DNA of 29,383 bases, from NCBI GenBank assembly GCA_027040785.1, contig JALULG010000079.1, positions 1-29,383 on the forward strand, in the 5' to 3' direction. Made by a program: the position numbers and the translations under genes. This DNA is from a bacterium. GTDB lineage: Bacteria > Patescibacteriota > Patescibacteriia > JAACEG01. Of the stretch, positions 7,101 through 15,215 are shown one piece after another. The notes beneath the pieces were generated by a model. That model did no database searches and was not told the origin of the DNA. It saw nothing but the letters and a program-made list of their open reading frames with translations. Position 1 is the stretch's first letter. Every line of letters begins with the position of its first letter.

Positions 7101-7860
7101 GCAAGCCCCAGCCAAAAGCCGAAACCATAAAAAGGAGGAGAAAGTGAGAAATAAATTTGTTTTGGCAGGCCGTTTGGGTTGAAGCGGGAAATGGCGGCCT
7201 AAAATAAACATTCCCCGCAGGTTATTTGTTTTATTTACGGAGGCATGGCCCGTAAATATAAACAAGTAACCCAAGCCCCGATATTGGAAGCGGTTAGAGG
7301 AACCGCTTAAACAAAATCCTCACCATGACTTGTCTAGGCAGTTTGGTGGTTCTGTCTAGGCTCGAGCTTGAAGGTAGGCATTGAAGGTCCCGAAGTTAAT
7401 GAGGACTGGCCGAAATCAAGCATCCGTCGTTTTCAATGACGGTAAAGAGCTGTTATATCCGAGTGGCTTCTTTATTGAAGTAGGGGTTTCGGCGCGAGTG
7501 AGCCCTTAACACAAGCGGATAGGTAGCCATACACCGAGACAAGTATGGCAGCTATACGGGTGAGTTAGCGCGACCTGGTATAGCATCTCCTTTGAGGAGA
7601 TACCCTTTAAGGGTGAACTAAAATGAACAGCTCAAAAATTACCCAAGAGAGGCCCGACTGTCTGAATGTGGCGGGCAGGAACGCTAATCTCTTGTATTTA
7701 AATGGCAAAAATCCACATCGTGAGTAGCCTTTGGAAAGAGCGGATGATCTCGGACCAAAAGGTGAAAGCGGGTTGCTTATAGTCAAGGAGTGCTATAAGC
7801 AACTATTTAACCAAACTCCATGGTTTTTTGAAGCGAAAGGTGGTACCTTTCGCTTCTTCT
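7101..7860 (+). ncRNA. Candidate large, highly structured ncRNA
   Basis: No credible ORF; nested long-range stems (7366-7371/7416-7421, 7447-7454/7626-7633, 7456-7461/7516-7521, 7644-7650/7688-7694) and three candidate pseudoknots; ends in a 12-bp hairpin at 7830-7856. Confidence 0.6.
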
Positions 7861-7876
7861 CCGAAACCATGATTTT

Positions 7877-7923
7877 AGATCCTGAAATAATACCGAATTC
7901 TCGGCACAAGATTCAGGATGACA
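7877..7923. repeat. Single nested REP-like unit, locus 3
   Basis: AGATCCTGAAATAATACCGAATTCTCGGCACAAGATTCAGGATGACA matches the nested units at 2191-2243. Confidence 0.85.
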
Positions 7924-7980
7924 TAAATATTAATCGTGGTTTCAGAGGAGGGAAATTTTAAAAAAAATCAACTAAAAAAT

Positions 7981-8135
7981 CTTTGGGCTTTGGTTGCCGG
8001 AAAAATGAAGTTGGCTTTTGGATAACCGCTTTATTTTTTCGGTAACCAAAAGGTTGCCCAAAGTGCCCGAATACGAATTAGATATTTTCAAAGTCTATTT
8101 TTGAAATTTATCTATATTCGTATTCGGGCTTTTTG
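7981..8135 (+). promoter_or_regulatory. Two tandem long imperfect hairpins, the second followed by a T-tract
   Basis: CTTTGGGC/GCCCAAAG (7981-8063); GCCCGAATACGAAT/ATTCGTATTCGGGC (8065-8129) followed by TTTTTGTTTG. Confidence 0.7.
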
Positions 8136-8168
8136 TTTGTCAAAAAATAAAAAAAGGAGGAAAAAGAG

Positions 8169-8549
8169 ATGGCGAAGAAAATTTTGTGGATTAGCCGGCA
8201 TCCAATGCATGGTGTTCAAATGGGCGCTTTGCGGAGGATGTTTGGTGAAGATGTTGTAGTTGAGGAGGACACCCGGCCGTTTGATGGAGCCGAGGCGATT
8301 GTTCGTAGATACCGAAAAGGCGATTATGATGATATTATCGTTGTGGCGCCATATTCGGTTTTAACGCGAATGGTTGATCTTGGCTTGCGGCCACTTTGGT
8401 CAGAGGCGGAAATTGTTCAAGATCCGGAATTAGCGGATTGGCGAGTCAAAAACCGTCTTTATCGTTTCAAACGGTTTCGGCGTGTTCGTCGACTGGTTAT
8501 GGAATTTGATGATCTCGGCCCAGAAGCCGAGAGAAAGGAGGAAGATTAA
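8169..8549 (+). CDS. Hypothetical protein, 126 aa (alpha/beta, WISRH motif)
   Basis: SD AAGGAGG, ATG start, protein-like composition, GC-richer than host. Confidence 0.8.
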   Translation: MAKKILWISRHPMHGVQMGALRRMFGEDVVVEEDTRPFDGAEAIVRRYRKGDYDDIIVVAPYSVLTRMVDLGLRPLWSEAEIVQDPELADWRVKNRLYRFKRFRRVRRLVMEFDDLGPEAERKEED

Positions 8550-8794
8550 TGGGAAGAAAAAAGATTGAATTGGAGAGCTTGATGTTTAGCCAGCCAGCCA
8601 GTGCGGCTATCACAGAGTTTATTCTCAATCTGGAAATCTTTTCCCAAATGACCGGCTCAGGAGATGTGGAAGCTTGGGGAGAGGTTAAAGACAACGGCGA
8701 TTTAGTTGTTAAAGCCGTTGTTAAAACCGCTTCCGGAGGGAAGATTAAAGGAGGTTTAGAAATCCCTTCGGAACACTGGGATTATGCCCAGTAA
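8549..8794 (+). CDS. Hypothetical protein, 81 aa
   Basis: SD AAAGGAGG, TAATG stop/start overlap with the previous gene. Confidence 0.75.
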   Translation: MGRKKIELESLMFSQPASAAITEFILNLEIFSQMTGSGDVEAWGEVKDNGDLVVKAVVKTASGGKIKGGLEIPSEHWDYAQ

Positions 8795-8811
8795 AATTTG
8801 GCAAACAAAAC

Positions 8812-8845
8812 GGGGGGGGCAAGTGTAAAACTATCTTGCCCCCTA
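8812..8845. terminator. Hairpin between convergent genes
   Basis: GGGGCAAG-TGTAAAACTAT-CTTGCCCC. Confidence 0.5.
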
Positions 8846-8860
8846 CGTTCTTTGAAAAAA

Positions 8861-10123
8861 TCAAATACTACTCACAAACCAAATCGGTCGGAATTTGACG
8901 GAGCAGTTTTGGTATTGCTCGTCTTTAACAATTGACCAATTGAGAACATAAGCTTCTTTTGGTTTATAGTTGCGAATAAAAGATTTTAATCCGGAAGGAA
9001 TGGTAGTTTGGTTTCCACCTTTGACTTCGATGGGAATCAATTGATTTTCTCGCTTGAGAATGATGTCTACTTCTTGACCTTGACGAGTACGCCAATAATA
9101 GACTTGTCCCCAGACACTCAAATTTTTCAACAGTTCCGTTACCACAAAGTTTTCCGCCAGCGCGCCGAAGTCGGTTGTCTTCGGCAACACCGAAAAATTA
9201 TCCAAGAGATAATTTCTCAATCCGCAGTCAATCAGATAAACTTTGGGGTTGCGAGTTAATTCTTTGATTTTGTTGGTGGAAAAAGGATGGAGCAAGTGAA
9301 GGATAAATGTATTTTGCAGAAGTTCCAAGCGATTTTCCAAAGCAACCCGATTAAGTTCGGAATTGACGGAGAGTTTTTGTTTCTCCAGCAAATTTCCGAT
9401 AAGAGAAGATAAAAGCGCCAGCAATTTCTTAACTTGCAAAGAATTGGCTTTGTAGTTCCAGATTTTAATGTCGCGAGTTAAATAAGAGTTTACCAATTCT
9501 TTCAAAGTTGATATTTTTTCTTCCGTACCGTTCAGATTGTTGACTTCCGGATAACCGCCGAAAGTGAGAAAGGAAACGAGTTTTTGATTAACGGATTTAA
9601 TCAGCCCGGTGGGTAATTGGCCGGAGTCTTGCAAAAGGGAAACAAACTGCCTCGTTTTTTCTTCGTTTTCCCAGTTAATGAATTCCTCAAAATCAAGCGG
9701 CCAAATCGGGATAACGATTTTGCGCCCCGCCATTGATTCATCAATATTGAGATACCAAGAAGCCGAGCCGGTAATAATCGGTTTGATATGCGGATAATGA
9801 TCATGAATTACTTTCAGAGTGGAACCAATTTCCGGAGATCTTTGAAATTCGTCAATAAAAAGATAGTATTTTTGAGAGGTATCTTTTAATGGAAGTGTAT
9901 TCAGAGCGTCTCTTTGGGTTTTCCATTGCTCCAGATCATCTGTTTGTTCTAAATCAAACCAAAGAATTTGGTTTTCAGAGATATTTTTTTCGGAAATTAA
10001 TTTCTCTCTAACCATTTTCATTAGAGTGGTTTTGCCAACTTGTCTGGCACCATTGAGAAGAATAATGTGATGAGAATCAATTTCTTGCCAAATTTTTGGA
10101 AATATTTTTCTGTTTTTTAGCAT
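8861..10123 (-). CDS. AAA+ ATPase (AAA_14 + DUF4143-like, C-terminal PD-(D/E)XK-like motif), paralog 1, 420 aa
   Basis: Start probably ATG 10123 (MLKNRKIF); Walker A GARQVGKT, Walker B FIDEFQ, TGSAS, GGYP, EVDII...IEVK. Confidence 0.88.
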   Translation of the reverse strand: MLKNRKIFPKIWQEIDSHHIILLNGARQVGKTTLMKMVREKLISEKNISENQILWFDLEQTDDLEQWKTQRDALNTLPLKDTSQKYYLFIDEFQRSPEIGSTLKVIHDHYPHIKPIITGSASWYLNIDESMAGRKIVIPIWPLDFEEFINWENEEKTRQFVSLLQDSGQLPTGLIKSVNQKLVSFLTFGGYPEVNNLNGTEEKISTLKELVNSYLTRDIKIWNYKANSLQVKKLLALLSSLIGNLLEKQKLSVNSELNRVALENRLELLQNTFILHLLHPFSTNKIKELTRNPKVYLIDCGLRNYLLDNFSVLPKTTDFGALAENFVVTELLKNLSVWGQVYYWRTRQGQEVDIILKRENQLIPIEVKGGNQTTIPSGLKSFIRNYKPKEAYVLNWSIVKDEQYQNCSVKFRPIWFVSSI

Positions 10124-10190
10124 AGTGATTATTTGATAGTTTAAATATAGATATATTTTGTATATTATACATACAAAATACCATAATTTA

Positions 10191-10218
10191 ATTATACAAC
10201 AAAGAAAATATCTGTCAA
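10191..10218 (-). promoter_or_regulatory. Sigma70 promoter for AAA paralog 1
   Basis: Minus-strand TTGACA (10218-10213), 16 bp spacer, TATAAT (10196-10191). Confidence 0.7.
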
Positions 10219-10269
10219 GAATTCCATTTTCTCGCTGATTTTCAAAATCGGCGGGAGATAGAGCTCTTA

Positions 10270-10411
10270 TCGTCTTCGGCGGTCGCAGAAAAACGCAGAA
10301 CAAACGCAGACAGACGCAGATACCGCTGGAGCGGTCGCGGACAGGCGCAGAACTTACGCAGACTGACGCAGAATGGACACAAACAGACGCGAAAGGATAG
10401 TTCTTTAAAAC
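10270..10411 (+). repeat. CGCAGA periodic repeat element, copy 1
   Basis: 10-11 nt units nnnACGC(A/G)GA with ACCGC-nnn-GCGGTCGC hairpins, followed by GTTCTTTAAAA at 10400. Confidence 0.8.
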
Positions 10412-10558
10412 CTCTCAAACGAACCTTAATGAAAAGGAAAATTATTTTCGTTTTTAGCAAGGTTCGTTTGAGGACCAAACATTTAGGGGCTGAGCATCCC
10501 CGGACCAACTGCTCTGCCTGAGGCGAAAGCCGAGGGCAAAATTCCTTAGGAGGAAATT

Positions 10559-11506
10559 ATGTATAATTTCAAACTCTTTGATCCTCGTCCGGTCCCCGCC
10601 GCCATCGCGACTAACGACCAGATTTTCGCCCAGGGCCCCGTCCTGGGTATTGAGGTCACCGTCCCGGTGCTCGCCCAGCGGTGCGAGCTGGGGAACATTG
10701 ACCCCCAACACACCGGAGGGGACACCTCCACTGCCGCCATTGAGGTGGCGCTAGAATGGCCCCTCCCGCCCGAAGGGGCGATGCTCGCCACCGTGCGGGC
10801 GGATCTGGATTCGGTCGGCGCCATGGCGGTCCTCGCCATGCGTGCCGAGGGACAGATTACTATGTTCCTCGAGGATGAAATTCTTGGGGACGAAGAACTG
10901 TCCCTGAGGATCGCGGCGGTTGCGGCCGCCGATAAATCCAAAACCGAGGAATGGCAGGGGCCGCGCCCCTTGCCGACACCTGAGGATCCCTAGGGCGACT
11001 CCCCTGCGGAGAAGCTCCTGGCTGCCATCGCGGCGTGTGTGGCGGACTTTCGTCGTCCTCTATCCGAGAGGGTAGAAGCGATGCGGAAATGGTTACTCAC
11101 CGGCGAAGAGCCAGAGGAGTACCGTGACCGCGTTGAGCGAGAGCGGGCCGAGATGGTGGCCGCCCTTCAAAGTGGCGCCATCAATGTCCGGACAGAGGCG
11201 GATGGGCGGATCGCGGTGGTGGAGTCCACCCACCGTGCCGCCACTGCCGTGGGCTATCACCTGGTCCCGGTAGTAGTCGCCCTGAATCCGGAGTTCAGGT
11301 TTCAGGGCGGGGAGCCCCACCGCAAGTTTACGGTCTGCCAATTCTCGGCAGGCTATGTGGATTTGCGGAAAGCCCTCCAAGAGCTTAACCAGCTCGAGGA
11401 GGGCTGGGGTGGTTCGCCCACCATTGGGGGCTCCCCGCAAGGGGTAAGCTCCCGCCTCTCCACCGATAAGGTGGTGGAGGTGGTAGCCCGCCACCTGCTC
11501 AGCTAG
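10559..11506 (+). pseudogene. GC-rich DHH/DHHA1-like phosphoesterase-type gene split by an in-frame TAG at 10991-10993
   Basis: ORFs 10559-10993 and 11039-11506 share a frame (PEDP*GDSPAEKLL...); SD AGGAGG; motifs NIDPQH, ADLDSVGAMA and C-terminal GWGGSPTIGGSP. The family call is tentative. Confidence 0.6.
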
Positions 11507-11519
11507 CCACTGAGTTTAT

Positions 11520-11550
11520 AAAAAAATCTCCAATTGGCGATTGGAGTTTC
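11520..11550. terminator. Hairpin terminator after the GC-rich gene
   Basis: AAAAAAA-CTCCAAT-TGGCG-ATTGGAG-TTT. Confidence 0.5.
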
Positions 11551-11650
11551 CGGGAAATCACAACCTCTGCTCCCACCATTTCTTGAGATCGGAAAATGGT
11601 AAAACATTTTGCGGTTTCAAATAGATGGTTAAATAAAATTAAATTAAAGT

Positions 11651-12409
11651 ATGCTTACCAAACACCTAACCCAAGCGGGTTTAAATGAAAATCAAGCCAA
11701 AGTTTATCAAGTCCTTTTGGAAAGGGGCGGTCTTTTGGGTGGGGAAATTTCGGTTTTAAGCGGTTTGGGCAGAGCTTTGACTTATAAAATTTTAAATGAC
11801 TTAGAAGAAAAAGATTTGATTTTTAAAGAAAAATCAGGGCAAGTTTATGTTTTCTTTGTGAAAAATCCGCAAAGAATGATTGAGAAAATAAAAAGAAAAG
11901 AAAAAAAATTACGTCAAGCGCGCGAGAATTTAAACTCCCAATTAAGCAATTTTAATGCTTTACATTTTGCTGATTCACCTAAAATATATCGTTACAACGG
12001 TTTAAACGGAGTAAAAAAAGTTTTGGATGATTCTTTAATTAACAATTCAAGCAAAGAAATTTTTTCTTTTCTTGATATGGAAAAATATGCCAATCATATC
12101 AATAATTTTCACAAAATAGATTATCAAGAAAAAAGAAAAAAATTAAAAATCAAAAAAAGAATTATCACTTTAAACAAACAAGCAAATCAAAAAATTGCTG
12201 AAAAGAAAAAAGACGGTTTTACCAAAATAAAATTCAGCGATCATAAAAATTATCCGTCCAATATGAAAGTAAATGTTTACGACAATAAAGTTGCTTTCCT
12301 AAATTTATCAGAACACAATCCTCACGGGATTATTATTGAAAGCAAGGAAATTTTTAATACTTTGAAAAGTATGTTTTTGAACCAATGGTTACTGCTTGGC
12401 AGTCGCTGA
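11651..12409 (+). CDS. TrmB-family transcriptional regulator (wHTH + PLD-like effector domain), 252 aa
   Basis: N-terminal GLNENQAKVYQVLLERG...SGLGRALTYKILNDLEEKDL HTH; YNGLNGVKKVL linker; VNVYDNKVAF C-terminal pattern. Confidence 0.8.
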   Translation: MLTKHLTQAGLNENQAKVYQVLLERGGLLGGEISVLSGLGRALTYKILNDLEEKDLIFKEKSGQVYVFFVKNPQRMIEKIKRKEKKLRQARENLNSQLSNFNALHFADSPKIYRYNGLNGVKKVLDDSLINNSSKEIFSFLDMEKYANHINNFHKIDYQEKRKKLKIKKRIITLNKQANQKIAEKKKDGFTKIKFSDHKNYPSNMKVNVYDNKVAFLNLSEHNPHGIIIESKEIFNTLKSMFLNQWLLLGSR

Positions 12410-12645
12410 GAATCGCGGAATACCGCTTTGCGGTCGCGGAAAAAGGCGGACTTTACGCGGACTGGCACGGAAAATTTAATATCAAAAATGCTCTGTTTGG
12501 AAGTTTTAGATTAATAAAATTTCCAAACAGGGCGCTTTGCCCTACCGCTACGCAGTCATGGAAGGACGCGTACTTTACGCGGAACGCGGACTGACGCGGA
12601 ACAAACGCAGATTGTCACGGAAAATATTTAATTGTTCTTTGAAAA
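12400..12645 (+). repeat. CGCGGA/CGCAGA periodic repeat element, copy 2
   Basis: TACCGCTTTGCGGTCGCGGA (12421), repeated ACGCGGA units, internal long hairpin GCTCTGTTTGGAA...TTCCAAACAGGGC, ends TGTTCTTTGAAAA (12633-12645). Confidence 0.8.
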
Positions 12646-12646
12646 A

Positions 12647-13810
12647 TCACAACAAAAACCCATAAGTTGTCTGAGGAGTATCGGTGTATTCTTGACTGAC
12701 AAGATAATGTTTTTTCAAACCGATTTTTTTGGCGCGGCGAGTCAAAGTTTTTAAATCTTGTTCAGTAGCGTGAAGTTTGACTTCGTAAGCGATTTTATCA
12801 TTAACGACAAAGTCAATTTCTTGCCCGTCTTTTTGTTGCCAGTATTTTACTTCTCCATGATGACGCAGAAGATTGAAAATACAATTTTCAAAAATTGATC
12901 CTCTGTCCAAACGGGAGAATTGATTAAGCAAGCCGGTATCAATGAAATACAATTTTTTGGCGCCGCGAATTTCCACATCGCGATTGGTGGAATATGGCGG
13001 GATGGTGGAGACAAGATAAGTATCGCGGAAAAATTCCAGATACGATTCAATCGTATCTTTGGCCACACCCAATTCTCTGGATAATTTGGTAATATCAATT
13101 TTGCTCCCCACTCGCTCCATGAGAAGAAAAATGAAATTACGAACTTTGTCTTTTTTGCGAAAATCACTCAATTTTTCCACTTCCAAAGACCAATAAGCGG
13201 AAAACACGTCATCAAGTTTGTTTTCTTTTTCTTGCTTGTTGTCCTCCAAAACAACCGCCGGGAAACCTCCATATTTCAGATATTCTGCGAAATAGGGAGC
13301 GTAATGTAAATAAAGTGATTGATTAATCGGCAAATCGGCTTTTGATTTTTTAAGATTTTTAGCGCGCAGAAATTCATTGAAATTAAAAGGATATAATTCA
13401 AAGATATATTTGCGGCCGGCCAAACTTTCGGTGAACATATTGCGGATATAATAACTGGCGGAGCCGCTGAGAAAGAATTTTATTTGATAATGATCGATAA
13501 GGTATTTTACAACAGAAGGTATATTGGGCATTGATTGAATTTCATCCAAAAACAAATAGATTTGTTTGTTGGGATTAATTCCGTATTCTTCCAGTTTGGC
13601 GGGAATGGTATCGTAATCAAAGGCGTCAAAAACAATTTGTTGACGAGGGTTGTCCAAGTCAAAAAAAAGCTTGTTGTCCGATTTTATTTCGTCAAAAATC
13701 ATTTTAAGCATAGTCGTTTTGCCCACTCGACGCATTCCGGTAACAATGATAGCTTCCGGTGATTTGATAAATCGCTCAATTTGAAAATGTAAATCTCGTT
13801 TGATTAACAT
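12647..13810 (-). CDS. AAA+ ATPase (AAA_14 + DUF4143-like), paralog 2, 387 aa
   Basis: GMRRVGKT, FLDEIQ, LSGSAS, YGGFP, EIDFVV...YEVK. Confidence 0.9.
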   Translation of the reverse strand: MLIKRDLHFQIERFIKSPEAIIVTGMRRVGKTTMLKMIFDEIKSDNKLFFDLDNPRQQIVFDAFDYDTIPAKLEEYGINPNKQIYLFLDEIQSMPNIPSVVKYLIDHYQIKFFLSGSASYYIRNMFTESLAGRKYIFELYPFNFNEFLRAKNLKKSKADLPINQSLYLHYAPYFAEYLKYGGFPAVVLEDNKQEKENKLDDVFSAYWSLEVEKLSDFRKKDKVRNFIFLLMERVGSKIDITKLSRELGVAKDTIESYLEFFRDTYLVSTIPPYSTNRDVEIRGAKKLYFIDTGLLNQFSRLDRGSIFENCIFNLLRHHGEVKYWQQKDGQEIDFVVNDKIAYEVKLHATEQDLKTLTRRAKKIGLKKHYLVSQEYTDTPQTTYGFLL

Positions 13811-13885
13811 AAAAATATAAATAGTTTAAAAGTTATACTTTTTTACTATTGGTAGTTTAGCATCATCTAAAAGTCTGTCAATACT

Positions 13886-13998
13886 AACCGCCTTTGGCGG
13901 TCGCAGAACAACGCAGATACTGCTTCGCGGTCGCGGACTTTGCGCAGAATAAACGCAGAAATACGCAGAAAAGAAAGAAGAAATTTGTTCTTTGAAAA
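13886..13998 (+). repeat. CGCAGA periodic repeat element, copy 3
   Basis: ACCGCCTTTGGCGGTCGCAGA, ACTGCTTCGCGGTCGCGGA, repeated ACGCAGA, ends TGTTCTTTGAAAA (13986-13998). Confidence 0.8.
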
Positions 13999-13999
13999 T

Positions 14000-15151
14000 C
14001 TACCCCAACCCCACAAATTCTTGATAATTCTCCGGAGTAATAGATTGAAAAGGGGTATTAGGATAAGCTTCGCGAAAAGGTTTAGGTGCTTGTTTTTTAA
14101 TCTTTCTAGGATTCCATTTGAATTCAAAGGCGGAAAGTTTTTGATTTCGTTCTTCTAGGTAGTCAATTTCTTGTTGTTGATGAGTACGCCAGAAGTAATT
14201 TCTGACCGAATGAGAATTATTTTCCAAAAACTTAATTCTTTCACTAATCAAAAAGTTTTCCCATAAAGCACCGACATCGTTACGAATATTTAAGGGATTA
14301 AAATTATTGATCAAGGCGTTTCTAATTCCTACATCATAAAAATAAATTTTGCGCAGTTTTTTTAATTCGGTTCGTAGGTTTTTGCTAAAAGGGGTGAGGC
14401 GAAAAATAATAAAAGCTTGTTCTAAAATTAGGATGTAATGATAAACGGTTTTTTTGTCAATTTGTAAAGTATTAGCTAATTCATTATAACTGACTTCATT
14501 TCCGTTTTGCAGGGCAATGGCTTGGAGCAGTTTATAGATAATGTCTGATTTCTTGATTCCTAAAAACTGTAGAACATCTTTATACAAATAACTATTAGCC
14601 AATTCTTTTAAATTGTCTTCCGCTTCATTGGGATTATTGATAATTTCCGGATACAAACCGAAACGTAAATAATTTTCTAAAGTGCGATTAATTTCTCTTG
14701 GGTTAAACTTTTGGATTAATTCTTGGAGAGAAAATGGATACAATTTGAAAGTGTATTTCCGACCAGTTAATGGTTCATTGATTTTATTGGCTAAATCAAA
14801 TGACGATGAACCGGTGGCAATAATCTGAATATGGGGATAATTGTCAATTAGTAATTTTAAGGTAAGCCCGATATTTTCTACTCGTTGCGCTTCATCAATG
14901 ACAACAATTTCATTATTACCCATAAAACTTTTTAATTCGGTAGATGTTTTATTGGTTAAAGCGAAACGATCATCCGGTTCGTCACAATTTAGATAAAGAC
15001 TTTTTTTATGGCGATAATTTTGCAAGATTTGTTTCACTAAAGTGGTTTTTCCAGCTTGTCTAGCTCCATAAATAATAATCACTTTTTCCTTAAAAAGTTT
15101 ATTTTCAATATTTTTTTGAATAGTTCTAGTTAGAAATTGAGTATTTTCCAT
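14000..15151 (-). CDS. AAA+ ATPase (AAA_14 + DUF4143-like), paralog 3, 383 aa
   Basis: GARQAGKT, VIDEAQ, ATGSSS, FGLYP, EIDYL...FEFK. Confidence 0.9.
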   Translation of the reverse strand: MENTQFLTRTIQKNIENKLFKEKVIIIYGARQAGKTTLVKQILQNYRHKKSLYLNCDEPDDRFALTNKTSTELKSFMGNNEIVVIDEAQRVENIGLTLKLLIDNYPHIQIIATGSSSFDLANKINEPLTGRKYTFKLYPFSLQELIQKFNPREINRTLENYLRFGLYPEIINNPNEAEDNLKELANSYLYKDVLQFLGIKKSDIIYKLLQAIALQNGNEVSYNELANTLQIDKKTVYHYILILEQAFIIFRLTPFSKNLRTELKKLRKIYFYDVGIRNALINNFNPLNIRNDVGALWENFLISERIKFLENNSHSVRNYFWRTHQQQEIDYLEERNQKLSAFEFKWNPRKIKKQAPKPFREAYPNTPFQSITPENYQEFVGLG

Positions 15152-15186
15152 AAATTTAATATAAATTAGGGGAATTAGATACCTTA

Positions 15187-15215
15187 ATTATATGTTATTT
15201 TGGAAATTTTGTCAA
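15187..15215 (-). promoter_or_regulatory. Sigma70 promoter for AAA paralog 3
   Basis: Minus-strand TTGACA (15215-15210), 17 bp spacer, TATAAT (15192-15187). Confidence 0.75.

Noticed and set aside
7268-7300. Twister-like CCCAAGCCCCGATA...TGGA
   Set aside because: No 5' strand to form P4 and no UAA cleavage-site context.
7101-7860. RNase P, tmRNA or group I/II intron identity
   Set aside because: No GAGGAAAGUCC P4 motif, no tRNA-like ends, no domain V or P7 consensus that I could find.
7731-7961. 76-aa ORF (and 7035-7274 on the minus strand)
   Set aside because: TTG start, no SD, runs through RNA hairpins and a REP unit; likely shadow ORFs.
7981-8135. Integron attC sites
   Set aside because: No RYYYAAC/GTTRRRY boxes and no integrase in the window.
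10124-10303. 60-codon N-terminal extension of AAA paralog 1
   Set aside because: Covers its own promoter and the repeat element; paralogs start just before the Walker A region.
10991-10993. Genome-wide TAG recoding
   Set aside because: TAG is the normal stop for several genes here (E2-like, Ubl, AAA paralog 3, lgt).
10242-11494. Minus-strand ORFs 10242-10508, 10454-10711, 10546-10941, 11093-11494
   Set aside because: Shadow frames of GC-rich or repeat DNA opposite a better-supported gene.
13867-14158. ORFs 13867-14127 and 13940-14158 (and 12385-12594)
   Set aside because: Overlap AAA genes or read through the CGCAGA repeats, giving low-complexity R/A peptides.
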